NCBI RefSeq assembly: GCF_036321535.1
Contig: NC_087437.1
Location: 32,056,001 to 32,120,000 of the forward strand
Origin: Camelus dromedarius
Lineage: Eukaryota
Length of the DNA stretch: 64,000 bases
Reading direction: 5' to 3'
Under the pieces are notes generated by a model. That model was not told where the DNA came from. It ran no database searches and saw only the letters and a list, made by a program, of their open reading frames with translations. The stretch's first letter is position 1; the number at the start of each line of letters is the position of its first letter. Shown here one piece after another: positions 39,916-50,713 of the stretch. The translations under genes were made by a program, and so were the position numbers.

Positions 39916-40023
39916 TTTTTTTTTTTTAATTGAAGTATAGTTGATTTACAATGTTGTGTTAATTTCTAGTGTACAGCATAGTAATTCAGTTATACATATA
40001 TACACTTTCTCATATTCTTTTTT
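39916..40023 (-). mobile_element. L1 3' terminus plus poly(A), fused to the U6 copy
   Basis: Minus strand AAAAAAGAATATGAGAAAG...GCTGTACACTAGAAATTAACACAACATTGTAAATCAACTATACTTCAATT(A)n, the same tail as the L1s at 9148, 16408 and 31436. Imperfect TSD tgaggccatcctttt (39905-39919) / tgaggacatctttt (40127-40140). Confidence 0.9.
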
Positions 40024-40125
40024 AAAACATGAAATGCTCCACAATTTGCATGTCATCCTTGTGCAGGGGCCACGCTAATCTCTGCATTGTTCCAATTTCA
40101 GTGTATGTGCTGCTAAAATGAGCAC
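40024..40125 (-). pseudogene. Full-length U6 snRNA retropseudogene, the 5' half of a U6/L1 chimera
   Basis: Minus strand reads GTGCTCATTTTAGCAGCACATACACTGAAATTGGAACAATGCAGAGATTAGCGTGGCCCCTGCACAAGGATGACATGCAAATTGTGGAGCATTTCATGTTTT. It is colinear with U6 end to end, with CpG decay, a small deletion and a mutated ACAGAGA box. Confidence 0.93.
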
Positions 40126-40140
40126 CTGAGGACATCTTTT

Positions 40141-40315
40141 ATCCCTTAGTTACTGTGTAACCCTGGGAAGAGATTTAACCAGTCTCTGAGCTTCTGTTTC
40201 TTCTTCTGTAAAATAGGAATAATGGTAACTGCCCTTCTTAAATTGTAGGGCAATCATGAGGATCAAATGAGGGTATGAATCTGAAAATACTTTATAACTT
40301 CTAAAGGTCATAAAA
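40141..40315 (+). mobile_element. MIR adjoining, and probably hosting, the U6/L1 insertion
   Basis: ctgtgtaaccctgggaagagatttaacc...tctctgagcttctgtttcttcttctgtaaaataggaataatgg...atgaggatcaaatga. Confidence 0.75.
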
Positions 40316-40399
40316 CTTTTCAAGTGCCTCCCTATTCAATACACAGCACAACAAAGTAAAACCCATCCCTCAAGCTTGCATGATCTTCTTGATTTTTCT

Positions 40400-41180
40400 C
40401 CACAAACTTCTTGTAAGGGCCAGATTTGCTTTTGTATCCACTCTCTCCCTTCAGTCCCAGGCATCCTGTTTTATGCCCCGCCATACCACTGGCAGCTCAC
40501 TCACCACAATTATCAATAATTTTCTAGTCGCCAATATTTGTGGACACTTTTCTGTCCTTCCTCCATTTCACCTGACTCCAGTTTGCCTCCACTTGCAATG
40601 TTCCCTGTACCAGGGCCAGAGTGAGCTTCCTCAAACATGAATTCTGGTCATATCCTGCCATGACTCCTCACAGTTTACAGGATAAACTTCAGACTCCTTA
40701 AGAAGGTATGCCATGTCCTTCATCATCTGGTCCCTGCCTACCACTCCATCAGTGTTACCTCATGTTGCTCTTCTTGTTAACACACACGCTAGCCAGACAA
40801 AATGACTTCTGTTTCCAGAAAGTGCTGTTCTCTTTTACATACTGCCCCAAAGCTAGCCTGGTGCAATCTGGCCATCTTTCAAGATTTGGTTCAAAATATC
40901 ATCTCTTCTAGGAAGCATTCCCTGATCTCAGCTTTCCACTCCTCTCCATTCCATGCAGAAGTCAGATACACCATCTCTGTGTTCCAAACTCCTTGACACC
41001 ATCGTAATTAGCATAACTTTCCCACTGTTCTCTAATTACCCACTTAACATTTATTTCCTCACTAGACAATGAGCTCTTTGGGTAAAGGAACATGTTTTAT
41101 TTCTCTATATGTCTAGCTTTTAGGCAGAGTTCCTGGTATAGAGAAGGCAATTGTTAAATGCTTGTTGAATAAATAAATGA
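40400..41180 (+). mobile_element. L2 3' region
   Basis: ttcaaaatatcatctcttctaggaagcattccctga...cactagacaatgagctctttgggtaaaggaac...aaatgcttgttgaataaataaatga. Confidence 0.7.
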
Positions 41181-41451
41181 GTTCTATAAAAATTATTATT
41201 TGTACTATAGTCTTTTTCCTTTGCCATATTTTCTGCACGTTTTAGAATTTTTTTTTGTTACATTCTGGTTTTTACAGATTTAGAAAAAATTCTAGCAAGT
41301 ATATAATTTATTCAGAAGTTACTCTATATTGAGATAGTGAGTTTGGCTTTCTTTGGGAACTTTTATGCCCACAAAAGAAAGCATAGCCTTTTGTGCTGCA
41401 CCTCCATAGGTTCACAAGAGATCCCTGAGGTACCCAGGAATTCCTGCTCAC

Positions 41452-41672
41452 CTGTCACTTCTGGCCTTGGCGGTTTCCAGCTGCCAGGTCAGGAGCTTGG
41501 CGATGGCAGTGAAGCTGTTGCTCATGCGGAAGATGTCTCTGCTCTGAGGGCCCAGGATGGAGGAGAAGGTGTCTGTGATGCTTTTAATCTCCAGCAGGAG
41601 AATGTGGTGGAATGAGTGCTCCATGTTGGCCAGCTGACTCACCAGGAAAGGCAGGCAGCTCCTGGCTCTCTC
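41452..41672 (-). CDS. VEPH1: VEPH1 internal coding exon (221 nt; about exon 7 in human numbering, from recall)
   Basis: Translates ERARSCLPFLVSQLANMEHSFHHILLLEIKSITDTFSSILGPQSRDIFRMSNSFTAIAKLLTWQLETAKARSD(R), recognised as VEPH1. Acceptor ttcttggcag|GAG, donor CAG|gtgagc. Starts in phase 0, ends in phase 2. Confidence 0.95.
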
Positions 41673-41695
41673 CTGCCAAGAACAATGAAGAGCAG

Positions 41696-42437
41696 GTACA
41701 AATGTTGCTGGTAATAGAAACTGGTACAGCCACTATAGAAAATAGTATGGAGGTTCCTCCAAAAATAGAACTACCATGTGATCCAGCAATCCCACTTCTG
41801 GGAATCGATCTAAAAGAAAAAAATCATTGTCTCAAAGAGATATCTGCACTACTATGTTCAAAGCAGCATTATTCACAATAGCCAAGACATGGAAATAACC
41901 CAAGTGTCCACTGACAGGTGAATGCATGAAGAAAATGTGGTGTATATATATATATATACAAAATGAAAAATTATTCAGCCAAAAAAAGAAGGAAATCCTG
42001 CCATTTGTGACAACATGGATGAATCTGGAGGGCATTATGCTAAGTGAAACAAGCCAGGGAAAGACAAATACTTCATAGTATCTCTTATAAGTGGAATCTT
42101 AAAAAAAAAAAAGTCAAACCCATAGAAACAGAGACTACAAAAGTGGTTGCTAAGGGCTGGTGGGTGGGGGGAAAATAGGGAAAAGTTGGTAAATGGTACA
42201 AGCTTTCAGTTATAAGATAAATAATGTCTAAGATCGAGTATTTGGCGTGGTGACCATAGTTGATAACACTCTATTGGGTAATTGAAATTTGCTAAAAGAT
42301 GTGGGGTAATGGGTGTGTTAATTAACTTGATGGGGGGAATCCTTTCACAGGGTATATGTATATCAAATCATTGTGTTATATACTTCAAATATTTTATAAT
42401 TTTATTTGTCAATTATATCTCAATAAAGCTGGGGGGT
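41696..42437 (+). mobile_element. L1MA9/L1MA10-like 3' end, antisense to VEPH1 and abutting an exon acceptor
   Basis: ctggtacagccactatagaaaatagtatggaggttcctc...gatccagcaatcccacttctggg...ttttatttgtcaattatatctcaataaagctgg. Probable TSD gaacaatgaaga (41680-41691) / gaacaataaaga (42438-42449). Confidence 0.9.
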
Positions 42438-44424
42438 GAACAATAAAGAAATAAGGTCTATAGTTTTAAAGAAAATCAGAGTCCTGGGACCTGCAGATGA
42501 CAATTCTATGGGGAGTTTACTTAGAGAGCTAGCTGAAGCTCAACAATAAGTTTCATTCATAATGCCTCTCAATTGGCTTCTTTGAGGTTTTAATTTTTTT
42601 CCTGATTTCCAGGACAATTTTTAAAAAAAATAAAGCCTTTTTCTTGTTACTCCTTTCTTAAAAATATGTAGAGAGTCTCATGCGTCTGTCTTGCCACGTC
42701 CAAATCTCTCAGCCACCATTAATGATCTGACCCCACACATCCATCCTTCCCATCTCTGGCCAGGCCTCCAAGCCTGTGACTCACTAACTCCATGTGCACA
42801 GGGGAAGCCTGGTCAATGGCACCCTCGATCCATCTGTCTGTCAGATGATGCCATGTATCACACTGGTTTAGCTCCTCACTCATTTGTTCACTTTAAGCAT
42901 CTGTCAACATGTTGCATATTTTATGTGCCTGGTTGAATGAGTAGATGCTATTACCTAGCTTTAATCAAGTTAACTCTCACAATTGACTTAAATAAGTTCC
43001 TTCAAAGAAACTGAAGATGAAGAACAATATGAGTAACTCAGGCGTGAGTGAATAACAAGAAAATGGCTTAGCCGACGTGTCTTCTATAGCTATTAGAACT
43101 CCTCATCAGCCATATTATGAGGTGACGCAATTTAATCCAACACTAGAAGTTAGCCAAAAAACTTCAAAATCATCAAGTTTATTTGAAATGCTGATTTGTG
43201 CCCAATATAAATAATGATATACCACTAACAAATAAATAAAAAATAATTTAAAATCTGCTTATTTCATCAACTGCTCTTTTAAAATCTTATTTTTTATGTA
43301 TTTAAAAATTTTCATGTCAGTGTAATAGAAAATATGTATAATTATAAGTGAATATATATTGGAGGGTATGCTCAAAATCCTTTTAAGTGATAAATGTACA
43401 GGTCTAAATTACTCTTCTAGCTAGGAATTCCCTTTTACCCTTGGTTCTAGCACTTGGAACCTTCATTTCTTTCAAGATGTAACTCCTGTCCTGTCTCCTC
43501 CATGAAGCTGTTCCCAGTGATCCCTTCTGCCTTCTGCCTGAATTTTCACTGCATTGTAGACTCTTTTTTAAAATCTTGTTTAGTACTTGATTGTATCTGA
43601 TCCCTCTGTTTACTCATGCTTTTATTCAATCACCAAACCAATACTGCATGACTATAATACACCTGTGTTAGATGCTAGACGACAAAGGTGAATGAGAAAT
43701 GTTCCCTGCCTTTTAAGGGACCCACAATCACCCCTTCTATTTGTAATTCCCTAATGGTTACATGTACCACTCAAGTCTCCTAAAAGGGCTACTTTTCATA
43801 CATCAATTGTCAGCCTGGCACAGAACTGTCTATAGCATCTACACCTGGTGTATATGTCTCAATTCACTGATTTAGGCAAACCTTATATGCCAATATATGA
43901 CTTTACAAATAAAGCATGTAGTTGCAAAGGAATTCTGTGCCTTATAAGAAATGTTTATTACAGAACAGATTTAAGTAGTGAACTTCCCTAGTCTTTAATA
44001 CTCATCTTAGTTTTCAAAGATTCCTTACACAATTGCATTGGAACTCATCTCTTGGGGAAGGGGGTGCATCTGCTAATCAGTCCCTTAATAACTATTTGTC
44101 AAGAACCCCTAGGGCTCAATACTCTGTCTGGGTAATGTGGGACTGAGGCTTATGCTTCTGTGAGCTGGACAGCTAATTGAAGAGATATTTATTCATTGAA
44201 GGATAACAATATTAGATGAATGAAAAATAAACACCATTGGAACAAGTTCCTGATAGCCTATTTTGTACTTTGGTTCATGTAACTGCCAGGTTGCAGAAGG
44301 ACAGAAGTGCTCTTGAGTTTAATTCTTTTTCAACATAGATACTTTGATTCATACAAAGGCTCTGTATGTGACGGGGATGTTTTTCCACACCTCATTTAAA
44401 AGCAAAAGCTGGTTATGGGGGTCC

Positions 44425-44680
44425 GTACGTACCATGTGCCAGGCACTGTTTTAGAAGTTAGGAAACACAGCATTGAAAAAAAGGGTAAAAATCTTTGCCA
44501 CGGTAATGAGGGAGACATACAATAAACATAATACCTATGTAAAATATGCAGTGTGTTGGATGGAGAAATGTGCCCAAAGGATAATGAAGCAGAATGGGGA
44601 GACCCACAAAGAGGGGTTAATGTTGAATTGTGTAGTCAGGTCAGAGTTCACAGAGAATACATTTGAATTCAACAAGGTTT
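44425..44680 (-). mobile_element. L2 fragment
   Basis: taccatgtgccaggcactgttttagaag...gggagacatacaataaaca. Confidence 0.65.
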
Positions 44681-45424
44681 TAGAATCTAAACCTAATATT
44701 CTCAGTAACTGCAGAAAACAATTACAGTAAAACGTGTCCTGATTGATACAGGGAAGTCGGAAGAGATAAGAGCTGAGACACAGGAGCTGTGTGACATTTT
44801 ACTACAGGGAAGGCAATTTCAGATTTCAAGTAACATCCTCCATTTTAGATTCAGATTCTACTTCGGCAATTAAAAAAAAAATCCAGTCCACAAACATTTC
44901 ATTTGCTTATTTAAAAAGTGTCCCTATGGTTTCATTAATTCTTCTTCTCCCTATAAAAATTAGCAAGCACTTTCTTGAAAGCATACATCTTCCTGAAGTG
45001 AGGATGGCTGTGTAGGTATTGCTGAAATCAACACAATTCTGGATGGTCTTCTGGCAGCCAAACTGAGCTGAAGGGAAAATTAATCACACCACGGGAACAA
45101 GAAAAGTTATAACTGCTCTGGAACTAACATATGAAACCAAGCCAACCTCACATCGTTTATTCTGAAACTTTGGAGCACGTCCATGTACCTCACAGGGGTA
45201 ACAGATATGATTTTGGATTAGAAAGTGTGATGTTAGGGTAAGAAGAGGGTTAGGAGATTCTGATTTCTTTTTTGGCTCCACAAAATTTTGTCTCTGGGGG
45301 CCACTGACTGCATTTTTCTGCTGTCAGTCATCCCACTGTGGGGATAGGGTCAGCAGCACCTGTGTGCCTTAACTGCAGGCTTGACCTCATCTCTTCTGAC
45401 ATAAATTGATTATTTATTATTAAA

Positions 45425-45605
45425 ACAATAATAGCTGGCCCATGGAGAGTACTTATTCTAAGTGCCAAATCTATTCTATACACTTTTTATGTATTTATTC
45501 ATGTAATCCTCCCAATAATACTATGAGGTAAGTACTGAGATCACTGCCACTTCACAAGAAGGAAACTGAGGCACAGATAGAAGACCAACTTGCTCCAGGT
45601 CACAC
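45425..45605 (-). mobile_element. MIR
   Basis: aataatagct...tcatgtaatcctcccaataatactatgaggtaagtact...ggaaactgaggcacaga...acttgctccaggtcacac. Confidence 0.8.
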
Positions 45606-45817
45606 TGCCCCCGTGTCTCTAAAGCTGTCTTCTCGCTGGCTATACCTCCATTCCCGCCTCAACCCCTGCTGTTCAAAATCGCAAACCCACCAGGCACCTA
45701 TTTTCCCACTCCTTTTTCCTTTATCTTGTTCATCATTGGTCATGAGATCCTTTTCATTTAATTATTTTTTATTTAGTGGTATAAATATCATACGTACTCT
45801 GTAAATATAAAATAGAC

Positions 45818-46380
45818 CAGCAAGTCTCAAACTTTTTGGTCTCAGGAACTTTTTACTGTCTTAAAAATTATAGAAGACCCCAAAGAATTTTTGTTTGTCT
45901 AAGTTATATCTATTGATATTTACCATATATTAAGTTAAAACTGAGAATCTAAAAGAAAGATGTCTGGAGACACTTTTAGTTGTCACAGCTGGGGAGTGGG
46001 GGGAGGGGCTGGTGGTGTCTAGTGGGCAGAGGCCGGAGATGCTGCTAAACCTCCTACAGTGCACAGGACAGCCCCAAAACCAAGAGCCATCTGGCTCAAA
46101 ATATCAATAGTGCCAACCTGAGTTCAGTGAAACCAGCTTTTGGCTTGGTTTTTCCCCTGCAAGCTTGTGGTGGTGAAGACCTCAATGAGTACATTTTGGT
46201 GCCACTGTCTTAATTTGTGCTAGGGTACTGGCAGTTTTACTCATTACTGCTTTTGTCCTTTCAGTGCAAATGTCAACACAGCGAAAAAGGTCAATGATGT
46301 GTGAATAGTGTGAAAACAGCTTTGATCTTGCAGATCCCCTGAAGGGGTCTCAGGGGTCCATAGACCACACTGAGGATTGA
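45818..46380 (-). mobile_element. Charlie1-family hAT element containing a MER20 fragment (about 45960-46120)
   Basis: Termini tctcaaactttttggtctcagga...ttaaaaattatagaagaccccaaag and cccctgaaggggtctcaggggtccatagaccacac; internal MER20 motif tctagtgggcagaggccggagatgctgctaaac. Confidence 0.7.
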
Positions 46381-46391
46381 TGAAATAGAAT

Positions 46392-46549
46392 CAAAGGTCA
46401 GCAAACTTTTTCTGTAAAGAACCAGATAGTAAATATTTTTGGCTTTATGGGCCATGTGGTATCTGTTATGGGAAAAACAGCTACAGACAATAAGTAAATG
46501 AATAGGTGTGTCTGGATTTGGCCCATAGGCAGTGATTTGCTGACCCCTG
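46392..46549. mobile_element. MER58A-like MITE, internally deleted
   Basis: caaaggtcagcaaactttttctgtaaagaaccagatagtaaatattt...ggatttggcccataggcagtgatttgctgacccctg. Confidence 0.8.
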
Positions 46550-46739
46550 AACTATATTATATGCTTGCAAAATTGCCTTGGCCATACCATTCATTTTTCG
46601 TGTGTTATTCATTTTGTTTGTAAAATACTGCTACTACTATCTCATAAATCTCCATTATTCTTGGTTACGATATCAGAATGTAAATCAGAAAGCAGTCAAA
46701 AATGGAAATATGGGTGCCAGTTATGATGATGATGATTTC

Positions 46740-46950
46740 CCTCTATTAAGCGTCCACTATGTGCCAGGTACTTGGCATCTACTTCCTCACTTAATCCTCA
46801 CTACCACCTTACAAAATGGGTAACAGAATGGAGATACTGATGATAAGAGGGCCCATCACTTGACCAAGATTGCACAGGTAACAGAGTCATGGTGGCAGAC
46901 AAGACTGAATCAAGATCTGCCTGATTTCGGAGTGTGCATGTTCCCACTTT
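46740..46950 (-). mobile_element. MIR
   Basis: tattaagcgtccactatgtgccagg...cttaatcctcac...cacttgaccaagattgcacag. Confidence 0.65.
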
Positions 46951-47094
46951 GGCTAGGCTGAAAACGATCACTTAGTGCAGCCCTGTATGCGGCAGCCTTC
47001 TTCTCTCTTCCACCCGCAGCAGGCGTCACCAGCTGATTAAAGCGTTCTCTGCTGAACCTTCCTGAGACCTTTTCTCAACACTATCCTCCTTCTG

Positions 47095-47279
47095 AGTGGC
47101 TCTCAACCCTGGCTGTACATTAGAATCACTTAGAAGCTTTTAGAACAGTTCTAATGCCAACAGCATCCCTCCCCCACTGTTTCTATTCAATTTCATTGTA
47201 ATGGGTAGGGTCCAGGCATAGGAATTTTTTAAACCTCTCAGATAATTCTAATGTAAAGCCCAGGCTGAGAATCACTAGT
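47095..47279. mobile_element. MER5B-like MITE
   Basis: gtggctctcaaccctggctgtacattagaatcac...ataattctaatgtaaagcccaggctgagaatcact. Confidence 0.75.
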
Positions 47280-48038
47280 CTATATAGAGTCCCAAATCTC
47301 CAAAAATATGAGAAATTGCTGAACTAGGAAATACGGGTTTGGTCCTAAAATCCACACTTTTCTCTCTAGCCTTCATCAATTTACAAAAGAGTTAAAGAAA
47401 ATAATATATTTTGTTGCCTGAATGAAAATATTTTATTTCCTGGGCATCTGTCATTCTTGCTTCCTTATTGGGCCATATCATTGTATTTCTTCATAATTCA
47501 ACTCTTAGAAATCTCCGCACACAAAAGAGACACTTGCAAGGGCCATTAGGGATGTAAATCAAATGAGCTTATCGTTAATACCCTCTCAGTGAAGCCTTGC
47601 CAGGCAGACCCCAGCCTTTGCTTAGTCCTCAGAAGCCTGAGTAGGGCCAGCAGTGTTTAACTGCTTGGAGGTGTATTTATTGCATGAGTCTCCTTCCTAC
47701 TGATGATGGGATTATTAGCTCCAGAGCAAGAGTTGAGGGTTTGTATGGGCCCCTTCCCAATCCCAATTCCTTGGCTTCAAGAAACCCTAGCATAGGGGAT
47801 CCATTCTTGCTAATGGATCCTGGGATTTTCCCAGTTTTAGAACTGAATGTTCTTCATCTTGGGAAACCCCTCAATCAAGGGCAAATTGGGACAGTTGGGT
47901 ACCGTACTCTGGAGTCTGTGAGAAATTGTTGCAGCTCTGAGGACTCTGCTCAATAGCCTCACACTGCTAGTGTATACGATGTATCCTTGTCCCTCTTTCT
48001 CTTTGTGTGTGTGTGTTGTATGTGTGTATGTGTACACA

Positions 48039-48670
48039 CAGTTGATTATTATTATTCATAGTAATTATGTTCTATAAAGTCACTTAGAACACTGAAGTAG
48101 TGAATACTGAAGCATTGCTTCTAGGGAAAAAACAAGGGTAGGTTCCTAAAAACCTCTGGTCATAGCTTTTCATCAACTGATCAATACACAACCTTGTTGT
48201 ATGTGTGTTTCTATTTAAAGATGTCTTAATTGATATATATTGTTAATTCATTAAAATTGAACTCACAGCCAAGGGCACTATAACTCATGTTTGAACGCAG
48301 CTTACGAAACCCACAGATTCTCTCCATCAGATGCATCATAGCCTTCTTAGGAACTTAGGAACACTAGAGAGCAGTTCAGCACTACAATTGTGGACATTTT
48401 AAACAATGAAATTGCCAACAATAGCACAACAATGATAAAAATGTGGCACTAAATAGACCGAGAGAAGAAAAGACACCTGTTTACAGAATGGGGGCTGAAA
48501 CAAGAAGGCAGAGCACTGCCTTGTTCGACCTCAGCTGGGAGCCCCTGTGGTGGGCAACTCAAATTTTTCGCTGCCCTGTGTATGTCATAAGCATCTCAAG
48601 TATTGATTTGGGGTTACAAACACATTTTAGAGACAAGGTGAATTTTGCATATATAAAATCAGTGAGGTCA
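48039..48670. mobile_element. MER82-like Tigger element, flanked by (TG)n and (GATA)n-like repeats
   Basis: cagttgattattattattcatagtaattatgttctataaagtcac...gaacactgaagtagtgaatactgaa...gggtaggttcc...gattttggggttacaaa-like segment near its end. Confidence 0.8.
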
Positions 48671-49239
48671 ATAGAAAGATAGATAGGTAAGTAGATAGAT
48701 AGACAGATAGACATGTAGGTAGGTAGATCGATTACTCAATCTTGGATCTTTGTGCATCTCCTATTAAAGGAAAATGTCTGCTTTTACCTTCTGGTCAGAG
48801 TTGAAAGGTACTCCAAATTGCTGAGACCTGACTTTCCATTCAGCCATTACAATCATGCTCAGAGGAATGTGAGCTCTACTTAACTAGGCCAGATGGAGTT
48901 TGGTTAGAATTTAAGTCTCCAGCACATCTTCCAGTGTGTCTGTGCCTCTACTTTCCACCACAGGCAGATTCTCTCATTGCCTTTCAACTAATTGAAATGT
49001 TCTTTCCTTAGTAAATTACTATACATCCAAATCCATGTGAGCTCTAACTGTTTTTCACCCACATATTAATTCTTCTCCCCATTATAGATTGGTTGGTATA
49101 TATGACCCAACTTGGGTGTGCAGATTGAAGGCTGGTGACAGCCATTTGCTTTTTGCTTGCAACTCAACTGTTTATGGTAGAGTATGAAAAACATGGTAAC
49201 ATGACATATTCTGAAATCCTTTTTTTTCCCTTTTTTGAT

Positions 49240-49242
<3 letters not shown>

Positions 49243-49280
<38 letters not shown>
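49243..49280. repeat. (AC)19 microsatellite
   Basis: Perfect dinucleotide run. Confidence 0.97.
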
Positions 49281-49283
<3 letters not shown>

Positions 49284-49679
49284 TCCAAAGGAAAAAGAAA
49301 ATATGTCAGAATAATGCCATTCTTTTTAAAAAAAGGAATCCATGTAGTTTGGGACACTGAGTTATCAAGCCCTCCCTGAATGAGGATTCTAATTATGAAA
49401 AAGCCAAAGGAGAAACTTATTCACAAACCCTTTTTTAATAGATCCAAATATGCCTGGTAAGACATTTATGAAGTGGTGTTCATATTGGAGGTGTTGAAAT
49501 CTGCTTTCTTTTTGTTACCATTTTAAAAAGACCACCCGTAAAATATTTTTCTCTTCCTTTACTTCCATTAACAGCTCGGTTTCCATTAGAAACAGATGTC
49601 TTCCATTAGGGCAGACCTTTGGCTACTGGAAGTCCTTCCTCCCCTTCTCTTCCTTGGACCCTCGTTAAACACGTCTTTA

Positions 49680-49920
49680 AATCAATTCAAATGTCACTTC
49701 TTCTGTGAAGCCCTCCCTGACTCTTCCAGCCAAAGTTGTTTGCACCTGTCTCTGTGCCCCTCAGACCTCTGGCTGTATCTTCACGAGAGCCCTGATATCC
49801 TTGCCTGCAATTTCTCTGTCAGCTTGTCTCTTTTCCCCAGTGAGCCTCTTAAAGGCTGGACATGTCATGTTTATCTTTGTACCTATAGTGCTTAATGTGT
49901 TGTCTGACACAAAGTAATGT
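49680..49920 (+). mobile_element. L2 3' region
   Basis: ttcaaatgtcacttcttctgtgaagccctccctgac...gtgagcctcttaaaggctgga. Confidence 0.65.
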
Positions 49921-50179
49921 TTATTACTGAAAATCACCACCGACACCCCACCACTCCTGGGCAGGGTTCTGGAACCATGATATAGGGAAACCTTATGCCT
50001 TTCAGAAAAATAGGATTTTTTATCTTTCTGCCTCCTTTTGGAGAATAGCTGTACTGATAGAATTTTTTGGTGTGGCTGGACATATGTTAAGAAAAACTTG
50101 AGATGATTTCTGGCTTGGTGTTTTTATTAGCTGTATAACTTAGAGCCTCAGTTTCATCACCTATAAAGTGGAGCTAGCA

Positions 50180-50713
50180 GATACTTTTGATTGCCTGTCA
50201 ATAGTCATATCTCATCCTATCACCTTCTTTATTATTGGTAAAACCTCTATCCTGCAATAAAACAAAAATGCCTGCTACTCTATTCCTCAGCCTCCATTGT
50301 AACTAGGGGATGGGTATGTGATTTTATCTTGGGCATCTGGACCTGAGGTAAAATTTTCTGGGGTAAGACATTGATTGAAACGATTTTCCTCCCAAATAAG
50401 AGATGCATGGAAGGACACACGCAGTTTCTTTAACCAGACGTTGCTGTGTTTACAGCATGTGCTGCCTGGATCTGTGACAGCCATCTTGCGAGCTTGAGGG
50501 GCATGCGTACGGGCCAAGTCAATACACTGCGAAGGTGGAGGGAGGATGGAAAGAGCCTTGTCACCAAGGGTTCTTGATGACATTGTGGAACTTTTGAAGG
50601 GACCTTGGACTCATCATGCCTTCCAGAATTCTTAAATGAGATAATAAAGATTCTTATTATTGAAGCCAGCTTTAGATTGATATGCTATTACCAAACACAT
50701 CTTAGCAGAAACA
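50180..50713. mobile_element. MLT1 (J/I-like) MaLR solo LTR nested in a MIR (halves about 50120-50178 and 50715-50810)
   Basis: gctgcctggatctgtgacagccatcttg...gatggaaagagcc...gggttcttgatgacattgtgga...gagataataaa...tgaagcca. Confidence 0.7.

Noticed and set aside
41612..42035. ORFs with ELPCDPAIPLLGI / SRFIHVV motifs (similar ones at 31776-32110 and 16789-16992)
   Set aside because: Decayed L1 ORF2 and 3' UTR translations, not genes.
47797..47820. Inverted repeat GGATCCATT-N6-AATGGATCC
   Set aside because: An isolated 9-bp stem with no supporting context; plausible by chance in 64 kb.
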